Source of the DNA: Chrysomallon squamiferum
Lineage: Eukaryota > Animalia > Mollusca
DNA: 64,000 bases
Reading direction: 5' to 3'
NCBI GenBank assembly: GCA_012295275.1
Contig: CM022674.1
Coordinates: 12,276,001-12,340,000, forward strand
Numbering within the stretch: the first letter of the stretch is position 1; each line of letters begins with the position of its first letter. Positions 1-12,200 of the stretch are shown piece after piece. A program made the translations under genes and the position numbers. The notes beneath the pieces are model-generated. The model saw only the letters and a list, made by a program, of their open reading frames with translations, had not been told where the DNA came from and did no database searches.

Positions 1-898
1 ATATTAAATTTTATTTTTTTTTAATTCACAATTAATGATTATACAAAATCGGTTTGCTGATTATACTTTGTGAAACAAACAAAAAAAAACAAAAAATATG
101 TTCTTTTTGCAGTGAGTGAAGTTAGTGCCATGACCTTTAAATAGTCGGATCTAGCAGGAACAATATTTATCACAACAGGGCACTGGGAAGGATTGATCCT
201 CCCACCAGTCATATTTCGAGTAAGTGCTTTATTGCAGAATTCCTTAAGTCTGATCCTTAGTTATTGTAGTTTTTCAGGTGGGTGCATGCGTGTTTGTTGT
301 AGGGGGTTTAGGTGGTCTTTTTTTTTTTACTATTTTCTTTTGCTTTTATTATTATTATTATTATTGTTGTTGTTGTTGTTGTTGTTGTTATTATTTGTTT
401 CGTTTTGTTTAACTGTTGGGTCGTTTGTTTGCTGGTTTGATTTTTAGAATATGTTCTGCATAAATTTAATATTAAATAAATATAAAAGTTACTACAGTAA
501 GACAGTATTTTGTCTTAGAGAGAAAGACAGACAGACAGAAACACGTACAGAGATCTAATACTAAAATAAAACTTCAGATTCGTTTTCTATTATTTTATTA
601 TTCTTTGTAGCAGTAACTATAGTAATGACTTGTAGTACTAGTAGTTGTAGCATTAGTACTAATAGTGGTGATGGTTACAATATTAATGGTAAAATCAGAA
701 GATGTAGTTGTTGTAAAATTATAAGTTGTGGTGGTAGTGGGTTGTAGCGCTAGTAGAGAGGTGCATCCGCTAAGTGTTGATGCTGAAGCTGAATCATATC
801 ATCTTTCTTCGTTAGTGGCACCGACGTTCACCAAGTCATTGAGTTAGTTCTCTCCCTTTCTCTATATAAAGGTGGCGTTAGAGATTTGTGTTTCCTTT

Positions 899-2536
899 TT
901 AACTATCTTTGGTTAGTTCCCTAAGGCTGAATGAAGGATAGTCATATGAATGGTTCGCAGAATCAGACTTCACAAATCCAGAATCTTCGTCTTTTCGATA
1001 TCTTCATTAAAAACAAAAAGTAAATAAATAAAATAAATATATAAAATTTATAAGAACGAATTTATTTAACTTCAATAGGAACTCGGATAAATATACTGAA
1101 TGTTGTTTAGTTTATCTGCTGTTAAAAAGAAAACCTTAATGATGATAATAAAGACCAGAAATACCTCCTTGCTGCGATTTCCAGATTTTCATGATATTGA
1201 CACTTCGGACGCAGGATAACAAATATTAACAAGAATAGATCCGTACCAAAGCGGTTAATTTGCCAAAAGCACGCGAAGCTAGTATACATACCTTTGTTTG
1301 ACATTCTGCTATGGATTTGTCCTTTTCTCAGACCGAAAAAAAAAAACATTGCGATAACATTGGACACAGCTTACCTCGTTAATTTTATTTATTTATTTAT
1401 TTATTTATTGCATTACCGTTATTTTTGTTACCTTCTCATTTTTTGCAAACGAATTATCATGATTATAATTGATGCCTAGTGTACCGCATTGTTGGACAGT
1501 GGTACACTATATTTACTTAGAGCTGGTGTCTTTTACGTCCGCGTACGATTAAATTCATCGCCTTATTTTAACATGACTGATAAATTTGTACAAAATGTTA
1601 AAAATCGCCCAAGCAATACTTCACCTTCTGAGCAAGCAAATGATGCCGCAGAAAGAAACGGACAAGAAAACGGCTATCGCTATTATAGTCAGAAACATCA
1701 AAGCTGTTGTCTGTCTTTTTTCTGTAAGACAAAAATCAAATAAAAAATTAAAGATTCTTATAGATTTCTTAAATGTTCATTCATAGAAACTGATGGTCTT
1801 CATGGTCATATTTAGACTTATAATAATTAATTTAATTCATTTAAGGATCTGCATGTCCCCTTCTTATACGGCAAAAATGTCAGTACCACTAAAGTCCCTA
1901 AGTGTGTGATCGTTGTGTAGTCAGTAACCTTTTCGACTGTGAACACGTCAGACACTTATTTCTCATCGATACAAAGGGTTTAGATTATGTATACCAGCTT
2001 GTAATTTTATTTCCCTATATCATGGGGTTAACTTAGCAAACAAGTTAATGATATTCCTCTGGCATGGATATGCATCACATTTATATATATATGTTTGTAT
2101 GTATGTTTCTGTGTATGTATTTATGCATGTATGAATGTATGTATGTATATGTGCTATGTGTTTCAGTATTAAAAGACAGATGTCATCATTGTTTTCATGA
2201 TACATTTCATAAGAAAATTACCACAGCTTTCTCCTGTACATGGCTGTAGTTTTACTTTCATGTTACGTCCAGTACAAAACAAATCCTTTCCTTTTGTATC
2301 CACAGTTTCAGGTGGGGTGCAGTTTCGTATGTAGTGGACAGAAAGGACACAAAACTGATTGCATTCGCCGGTCATATTTTGTTGCCATGTAGTCCAGGCC
2401 CCTTGAACTACGTACATTTTTGAAAGTAAAATATTAACAGAAACATGCATTTGTATGATATTATTATCAGATGCCTATTATTGTTTATTTATAGAATAAT
2501 TATATTAATGATTCGGGTTTTCTTTTTTCTTTCTTT

Positions 2537-2572
<36 letters not shown>

Positions 2573-2920
2573 ATTTAATTATTTGATTTTTTTGGATTTT
2601 TTTTGTGTGTTTTTTTTTTGTCTTTTCAATGTTTAGTCATTTTTGGTGTTTGTTCTTTATTTGTTTCAGGGTATTTTTGTGAAATGTGTATCATCTTACT
2701 AACGTATATCGCAACCGTTTTGGTAGTTTTGAAACACTTCATGAGCTCGATCTACGAGTTGCTGTCTTTCTGCAAAACATCGTCTAGGCTGGAACATTTT
2801 CGCTTCGTAAAGAGAACAGAGTTCAATTTTTTCTATCAGCAGATTGCTGAAAATTCATTTTAGTCATTTAGTTATTTAGACAATACGTGCATTTATTATT
2901 TATTTTTGTTCATTTAAAAA

Positions 2921-2981
<61 letters not shown>

Positions 2982-2990
2982 GTTATTTAG

Positions 2991-3021
<31 letters not shown>

Positions 3022-3339
3022 TCAAAATACTCATTTGTAATTAGAGAAACCGAACCATTTATCCGGCTTACAGATAATTCAAAAAGCAATATATATATAT
3101 ATATGTATATATATATTAAGAATTTGCTTGTTTTAAATTTGGCGCGCTTTTTGCTTTTCGTCACATATATGTTGAACAATGTCAGTTTAAGGGAGATTAT
3201 TGTGTCCAGTTATCTTCTCCTAGTTAGTCATTATTATGCATATATACAGAATAATTGTTAATAACATATTATTCTTTTTTCTTCCTTCTTTTTAAAATGT
3301 ATTTATTTATTTTATTTATTTATTTATTTAATTTATTTA

Positions 3340-3430
<91 letters not shown>

Positions 3431-5260
3431 ATTTTCCGATAAATTATACATGGTGTGTTAATAAATTTAAGTGTATTAAGTTTATTAACTTGTACCTGTA
3501 TATTTTAAATTAAAATTATGTCGTTTACATTTCTTCGTTTAATTTTCATCCTTATACATGGTATCAGACGTGGTATTCTACAAGGCATTTCAATAGTTTT
3601 TATGGATTAATAAAGATCAGGCGAACCTTACTTTAATTTGTATCTGTTTCATTGTTATTTTCCATTGTTTGGTTTATATTTTAAGTCTATATTTAAGCTA
3701 TATATGCAAAAATTCGACCACGTTTTAGCTCAAAATTAAGTTACCCTGGTAACCGAGATAGTAACGGCCGTGCACAGATCAACCAAAATGTTTTGTTGAT
3801 ATATATGTCTCTCTGGATCTGGTAGACTATGGTGACAAATGACTACAGCTATAATATTTAAATAACGACTTGTACTTTTTAATTAATGTTTAATTTATAT
3901 GCAGTTTATAAAGTATTAAAATGGTGAAACGTACAATTTAGTTAGCAAGATTATTATATACAGTATCTGTAATATTGGTATAACACTATGTTTGAAAAAA
4001 TAATATATACTGTGCCAAATAAGTTTAGCAGTTACGTTCAAAATACAGACAACCTGACTGGATGTTGAATTTATTTGTACAAATTATTTTATTGATACAA
4101 CATTTCTGAACATCGACAGCAGTAACACGTTGTCACGCTGTCAACGTTGTTACTTTAATGTCAGCTGATCAAACGGAGGGTACATCTAGCAAAATGATGA
4201 GAGTGGTTCAATAATGTGTGTGTGCACCATTGCATTGATGACAGCAATACATCGTCGTCTCATGCTTCTAATGAGAGCATTAATATCAGAAACTAATTGT
4301 ATTCCATTCCCGGTTCAGAGCAATGTGTAGGTTTTCGCCTACCCATGCATGCTCATTTGGGGTCAAGTCAGGGGATGTGGTACCGCTCAAGAAGATTAGT
4401 GGTTAGCTTAGCGGTATATAGTCTAGCGTTGTCGTGTTGAAACAGAAAGCCAGGATTGGAATGACCACTGGTGTAATCATCTCGTCGCAGTAACGTTGAG
4501 CAGTCGTGTTTCCGTGAATGAAAACGAGATCAGGATGACTTTGTCTGCATCATATCGTTCTCCCTGTCGCCTCCATACATGACGCCTACCATCCGCAAAC
4601 TGAACACAAAACCTGGATTTAGAATCTGTCTGATGCCATTGCCTGCGTCGCCAGTGTTGGTCTATTCAGGACCATCTCAGACGCTCCAGGATGTGAAGCG
4701 CTGTAAGGGAAACAGCTACAACAGGGCGACAGCAGCATGGAGACAGTTACGACAGTTTGAGCATGCATTCTAGTGCCTATGGTTTGCTGGAAAGTACGGA
4801 GTAAACGAGGAGCATTTTCGAAAACCTATCTTACCTTAGAGTAATTAATCGTGGTCTATCAGAACATTGTCGATCTTGCATTTACCAAGTTTGGTGTACG
4901 TGTTGTGGGAGTCGTCATGAACACGAAAGTACTCAGCGAAGTCGTGTAAACCGTCTCATATCTTCATGACGTTGATTTTCCGTTAAGCCTGGACGGCGAC
5001 CCATTATAACAGGATAAATACTTCTTTCTTTTTTGGATAATGTTGGTTCAGTGCATCAAAATATGATTTCAATACATCCGTATTGCACGAGCTTCTGCAC
5101 CGCGGTTGCACGTGTAGCACACATAGCGGCATGCAATATGACAGATCATGTCCTTTTCATTACACAAAGCGACAGGGCATATGCGACTAACATATTACCA
5201 AGATTTATCGCTTTATTTTAATTTATTTGGAAGCAACACTCATTTAGAAAAACGAGTTAA

Positions 5261-5291
<31 letters not shown>

Positions 5292-6026
5292 TGGTTATGT
5301 ATATATTTATTGACAACAAACGCTGCTTAATAAACAAGCTGCTATCAGATACTGCATACAAGTACCATGCTCTACAAACAACAACAACAATAAAGAAGTC
5401 TCCGAAGGATACACAACGGCAATTATATAATCTAACTGGTCACGGACAGTAATAACAATGACCCAAGAACGATAACTCGTACTCACTTGCATATTCTTTT
5501 TTTCAGTTCCATCATAGTTCTGTCCCTTGCTAAGGATCCTTCTTTACCGTCAGATACAAGATAGAGGTAAGCGTCTGGCGCAAGGTCGTTAATAATAAAA
5601 CATTTCCGATTAATTTTCGTTTGAAACGATTTTGTGCACCAAGTCCCATCTGTCAAATACCGCGTCATTAAAATGTTAACCATTACTGAAAAATGTAACA
5701 TCTTTACAACTACGTATTTTGAAAATATTTTTTGTAACTTTTGAGTGTCAGTTTGAACGTGTAAAATTATTATTATTATTATTATACGTTTTACATCTAC
5801 TCCCACTGTTACCACTACGGTAATCATAATAATTATTATGATTATCATTTTCAAATTTATATAATTTAATATTACCTGATTATTAACTTTGCATAGTGCT
5901 CTGTTGTATTCATAATTTCTAACATTAAATATCAAATTATTATTATTGTTGTTGTTGTTGGTATTGTTGTTGTATGTTGTTGAGATATTAATACATACCG
6001 ACTGCAAACAGAAATAATAACAACAT
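899..6026 (-). CDS. Type-I transmembrane protein, paralog A (signal peptide, Cys-rich domain, one TSP1-like domain, TM, cytoplasmic tail), ~251 aa, 6 coding exons
   Basis: Phase-consistent GT-AG exons on the minus strand: 6026-5999 (MLLLFLFAV), 5685-5487 (VMVNILMTRYLTDGTWCTK...KKRIC), 2846-2704 (NLLIEKIELC...YQNGCDI), 2407-2222 (QGAWTTW...CNQFC...RNC...C...CTGESC; TSP1-like WxxW/RxC), 1721-1625 (TM LMFLTIIAIAVFLSVSFCGIICLL), 1001-899 (YRKDEDSG...NHSYDY...KDS*). Total 756 nt with no internal stop. The 186-nt and 97-nt exons have the same sizes as in paralog B. Confidence 0.8.
4335..4990 (-). mobile_element. Decayed Tc1-family DNA transposase remnant in an intron of paralog A
   Basis: Minus-strand fragments, broken by stops and frameshifts, read RPRLIT, AQTVRNCLH, SRFCVQFADGRRHVWRRQGERY, LVFIHGNTTAQRYCDEMITPVVIP, FLFQHDNAR and SPDLTPNEHAW. 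These match the Tc1 motifs DESRF..DGR..VWRR.GER, FQQDNA and SPDLNPIEH.W. TIRs were not identified; boundaries are approximate. Confidence 0.85.
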
Positions 6027-6608
6027 GTTTGTTAAAGAATGTAGGACGTTTGCTTCTGACGTCATGAACTCACTGCGTCAGTCAACAATTCTGTAATGGA
6101 TAAGGACAGCAAATTGATACTGGCCTGCGAATGAACCGATCAGCCGCAATATCGAAAAATGGCATAATCTCATAATTTTGACACTTGTATGATAAAGGCA
6201 ACATAACATCTTTTCGAACGACTCCAGAAGAATTTATAATTTAACACTGAAGAATTTACATATTTGGTTAGAGTTGGTCAGCGAAAACACAAGCTATGGA
6301 GATGGCAAGTGCTATCAAAGTAACGCTTTGGATATACGAATTGACACATGTGCTTGTATGACTGAAAAAGGTGAAATATTAATTATGTAGGAAGAAATCA
6401 ATACATAATCAGATCTAAAAGATAAAACGTATATAAACACTTTATTTCTTTTTTTTTTTCTTTTTTTTTTTTTGTTTTTTTTTTTTTCTTCTTCTTCTTT
6501 TCTTTTGTTAATGTCATTTGTTTTTGTGGATTTTTTGGGGTAGAGTGGCTTTTTTGTTTCTTTGTTTGAGGGGTTCTGGTTTGTTGGGGTTTTTTAATCT
6601 TTCTTTTT

Positions 6609-6656
<48 letters not shown>

Positions 6657-7627
6657 TAAATATAAAATTTTCTGGATTTCCTGATAGGTTATTTAGAATT
6701 ATATATTCTATATATTTTTGGCAAAAAGTGAATATTAAATTATATTTTAATATAAAACTATCCACAAAATTCTAATAAGAAGAAAACGTATGCAGGACGC
6801 ATTTAAATATATAACTATCTCTACATGTCAAAGACAATTACGAATTCATAAAATGCTGAACACATAAATATTGAAATATCCGTGAAAAATAATTAAAAAT
6901 GATTCGCCTACAAATTTTACAGAGATACGTTCAATATCAATATCCATATATGATCATTTGGATATGCTTTATAAATATTTACACATTAAAATAAACCCGC
7001 ACAAATATAAAATGTATAGACACTATTCAATCACTGAAATACAAATACCTGTTATACAAAGGTAAGATACATATTACACAAAACATACAATTCGATACAG
7101 ATATAATAAAAATGTTACAGACGAATATGCAACAGTTATTATTATGTTCTATATTTGTTTCATTCTTTTGTCGATATACTAGATGGAAATAATAAAATAG
7201 TTAATAACTCGAACTGTCAACGTGAATAGGAAACTCTTGATTATTGAACTTGCATATTTTTATTTAAAATAATTATTTAAAGTATCTACGACTTTGATAT
7301 TAAGTATTAACAGAATAACAAGTTTCTTACCTTATGCAAAATAATTCTAACAGCAAAGAAACTACATCATTTATGAGTTCGTGACATTTCTCGATCCTTC
7401 GTCACACGATCCTTCGATCGGGACCTTTCGATTAATTTCGACTATCGTCGACTCTTTTCCAAATGATCTTACAAACTGTTTTAATTTAATGAAAATAATA
7501 AATAACTTTACATAAATTATGAATGAAAAACTATGTAAACAAAACTTTATTTCTTCTCGCATTACTTGATCATTAAATGTGACTTTTTATTTGACGAAAT
7601 GTTCGATTTTCATTTGTGTGAAAAATA

Positions 7628-8269
7628 CGGTTGACCTCGATTTCACTGACTAATACTGGGGAGCACCGATAGGGAAAATGCAAATCTGGGAAACTGCGAA
7701 TATAACAAGAGGGTTTTTAAAATGAGGCAAATGCACTTAATGGGCACCAAAAAATTGGGTGATGGGCCTTGGGCCGAATTAATTCAGTGGATATCGTTTC
7801 TATCCGAATAGAGATTTATATTTTATATTTTTAAAATAAAAAAATTGTATTAAAATTAAAAGAATCGTCAATTTTCGGAATGAAATATTTGTCTCATTTT
7901 ACTCAATGTAGTTACGGCCATGCATGAACCCTAAATTTACCGAAACATTAATCTTTAGTACACTTAACAGTTACATAATCCAATAATATAATAACGTAAG
8001 AACAATATACAAAAATAAAAACGTCTTAAATTATATGTTGAGAAATATATACAGTAGAACAATGTAGGCAAGGTTTGGTGAAGTTTATTCGGTTAGGGAG
8101 GTCATGTGTGCAGTTGTAAAATTTACTGTTACCTTGATGGAAAATGGGACTCACAATAACTTCATAGTGCCTGGATGTAATTTTCAAGTGGAAAATGGCG
8201 CTAAGTTCAAATTCTGTAATTTATCCAGATTACAAAAAAAAGAGATACCGTGAAATCGAGGTTCAACAG
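7628..8269. mobile_element. MITE-like non-autonomous Tc1/mariner-pogo type element, copy 1
   Basis: Imperfect TIRs: TA-CGGTTGACCTCGATTTCAC at the left end and GTGAAATCGAGGTTCAACAG-TA at the right end. TA flanks both sides. No coding capacity. A second copy lies at 9934-10398. Confidence 0.7.
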
Positions 8270-9236
8270 TATATTGATCTTATTTGTGCCAATCCACATT
8301 ACTATTATAGGGTTTTAGATGCCTACTCTTTTATTAGTAGTAGTAGTAGTAGAAGTATTTGTTCAGTCTTTCCTCAATTTTCTTCTAATTGTTTTGATGA
8401 TCCTGTGTCTGTTTCTTAATTAAAAATTTTGTTCTTTTTTCTTCATGTGTGAGTGTATGTTTATTTTTTGTTAATCAAGTTGCAAAGTAGTACTGTTAAA
8501 AACAAAAAAATGTAAATGAAACATCATGATATGAACAGTGGGAATAGATTTTATACACTCATAAATATTTGTTTATAAAGATCCACTTTCTGTCTGGCCA
8601 ACACTTAATAAAATAGCTTCCCTGCATCACACTCACATACACACCGATATACATACACATACACATCTGAATATCAGTTAATAAAAATATATAATAATTG
8701 ATTTTATCATAATTGTAACGTACTGCAACAAAAGGTAGGTAATTTGTACATCAGTCATCACAAATTATTTTGAGGGATAATACAGTAAAAAAAAATTACA
8801 AAACTTCAGTTATAAGAATTCTATATTTTATTTTTTGGTGGTCATAATGACTCTAAAAAACATTCTTTATATATGAACATTTTTCAAACAGAGAATGAAA
8901 TCAGTAGAAAAACGAAAAAAAAAAAATTAGAGAACAAATTTTCAATCAGAACAGAGCACTGATTTTCTCTATAAATGTTTTTTTTTATTATTTATTTTAA
9001 AAACCTTTTTAAGACGTAGAAGATTACTGATTTTATTTTTTCTATTCTTTATTATCCATTAAATAATTTACATTGTCACGGTTAACCAAAGTTTAAAATT
9101 TTCTGTTTCCAAATTAAAATCTTTTCTCTGATCAGTCACAACACAATGATAAAAACTGAAGTCACTTCTCAGGGCCACCAGCCTAGACGAAAATAATACT
9201 AGAGTCTTTCTTCATCTTGGCCCACTGCGGCTGCAG

Positions 9237-12200
9237 CTACATGACAGGTATTGCAAAATCATCACCAACCTCTCTGCTGAAGCCCATATTTGTCACTGAA
9301 GGGGTTGAGGCTTCATCAGCAAGGTCATAAACAGGAATGTTTCGACGATTTCTTCAATAACAGATTAATTAAATATACTTAGAATTTAGTAATGTTAAAA
9401 AAAAAAAAAAAAAAATAAAAAATAAATCTTTAAAAACACCCAAGAATGTTATATGATAATTTGTTCAGGTTTTTTTAAAAATATTTATGGTACTTATTAT
9501 TTACTAATAAAGTTTGATAGTCAGACAATAAGCTCATATCACTGCGAGAGTATTTTTCATATCAAACTACTGAATGCATTGTTATGTGCATCAGTGTGTA
9601 TGTACATGTGTTTGTATAAGTGTGGATCAAAGTAATAATAATGTCTATGTAATGATTTATGTATGAGACAAAGTATTATTAATAATGTCTATGTAATGAT
9701 TTATGTTTTGTGTGAGACAGAATGAAGTATTAATAATGTTTGTGTAGTGACTTCTGCTGTATGCGTGAGACAGAAAGAATGTTTATTCACAGTATTACCT
9801 CGTAAAAATACAGATTGCTCCTAAAATGACCACAGAAAAGAAAGACACGGTTGCTATTATTGTTAATAACTGAAGGTCTTTTTTTTTTGGTTTTTCTGCA
9901 ATAAAAAATAAAAATCAAATGTCTTTCAATATACTGTTGAGAGTTGATTTCATGGACTAATAATAGTGAACCCTGATCAGAAAAATGCAAAAGCCTGAGA
10001 AATTGTGAATGTAAACATTAACCTTGAAATTTACCATAACAGCTATATAATAAGTAGTATAATAATGAGAGAACAATATAGAGACATAAAAACAATGTAA
10101 ATACATATACAGTTTAGCTGAAGAGATGTGTACAGTAAACAAAATGGAGGCTAGGTTGGATGAAGTTTGTTAGGCCACAGTTAATCAGAGCAGTTGCATT
10201 TACTCTTAACTTAGTGGAAAGTTGGTTCAGAGAAGATTGCTGTGATCTTACTGTGGGACTCAGAGTAACTTAATAGTACCTAGAGGTAAGGTTTCAAGTG
10301 GGAAATGGCAGTAAGTTCTAATTTTGCAGTTTTTCCAGATTTGGTCCGGACCTCCCAAAATCTGGGAAACCAAGGTCTGTGAAATCAAGGGTCAACAGTA
10401 GACATATAATCAGACATGTGTATACAAATATTTAAATACACAAATATCTACACACACAGAGATAAATACCTAAATTTAGATCCAAACCACTATGTACTTT
10501 TGACATACATACATATATACACATATATGAATGAACATACACATACACACATATATGAACACAAGAACACACACTCCTTTCAGCAGTGTCCATGTAAGAT
10601 TTTACAAATAGTTTTATAACGTAAGCATCATGTATCAAACAGTATTAGAATTTCAGCTTACTACAGGCATCTTCTGAACAGGTTTCTGTTTTTGCTTTAA
10701 AATACTCTCCATGACAAATCAAATGGTTATCGATGGAGTTTGAATTGGCTGGCCATGTGCAATTTCTGGAAAATAACAATGTTCTCCGGCAAAATCGATC
10801 ACAGGTCTTTCCCTGAATAGTAGTCCAATTAGTCCACTCACCAATAACTATGAGAAACAGAAACTAAGTAATATATATTTCTATACATCTGTATATCTCA
10901 TTGTGTGTGTTAAGGTGGGTTTTTTTTGTGTATGTATGTATCTATGTTCTTATATATATGAGTGTGTTTGTGTGTGTTTCTGAGTAGACACAAGTGTATG
11001 TATGTATGTGTGTGCCTCTGTGTGTGTGTGTGTGTGTGTGTATCTATGAATGTTTGTAAGACAGAAACGAGAGCTAATTTGAACAAGTCACTGGCTGGGA
11101 TGAGAATACAAAAAAATCATATCATTTGGCATAATAAAATAAGTAATATAAAACTGACATAACATTTAGTATACTTAACATAACACTTACTAGTGTAATT
11201 AACATCACATTTACTAGTGTAATTAACATCACACTTACTAGTATAATTTAACCTCAACATTTACTAGGATGATTAACATAAAATTTACAAGTATAATTAA
11301 CATCAACATTTACTAGCATAATTAATATAACATTTACTGGTATAATTAACAAAACATTTACTAGTATAATTAACATTACATTTAGTAGTACAATTAAGAT
11401 TACCATTTACTGGTATAATTAATAGTATTTAGCTTACTGAGGCATGGAAGAGGAGCTATGCAAGCATTGGTTGCAGTTTTATAGAATTTTCCAGAACAAA
11501 GAGATAACAGCCATTTTAAGCCAGCTATAGGGTCATTGCATCTCCGTGAAAAATGTAATCGTCTGATGCCTGCTCCACACGGAGCAGGACAGCGTTCTAC
11601 TGACGTCTGCCTCCATTCTGTCCACCCACCAATCACTGCAAACACACATCACACTTAAAACACCACAGTGTGCGAGCAAATCCTATTAATGTTTGTAAAC
11701 ATATTAAAACTTTAAACTTGAAATGTAAGTATATAAATCCTATTCAAAATTTTGGATCTGAACTGCATGTGAATAAATTCTGTTAAAACTTTTAGTGTTG
11801 AAATTATATTTAAAAAAAATTCTGTAAAACCTTTTGGATTAAAATGTACTTGAATTAATTATATTAAAACTTTGGCTTTGAAATATTATATAAACTTGTT
11901 ACATTAATATACAGGGTTTGTTATGGCCAATAAATAAGAAATGACTTGTAAATATATTACATTCAGACATAGTTTTTAAAGTGACATTAAAACATGTTTT
12001 CAAACATAGGTCAACCATCACTGATGCAAAATGCTGGATAACAGAGTGGTTAAATTCAAACAAATTTAATTTAACAACTCCCCCTTCATCCTGTCATTTA
12101 AATACTGCTAAATACAGGTATAATTATGTTGTGTGGTTTTGACAAATTCAATATATCTTTTGTGGACAATGTATGGTGTTTGTTCTTTACATAAGAATAA

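Noticed and set aside
3740-3753. RFX X-box-like GTTACCCTGGTAAC (and GTTGCCATGGTACC at ~34431)
   Set aside because: These are single short motifs without start-site evidence and cannot be told from chance.
4835-4855. Apparent 21-nt AG/GT-bounded micro-exon for paralog A
   Set aside because: It lies inside the Tc1 remnant (RPRLIT motif), and the gene model is phase-consistent without it.
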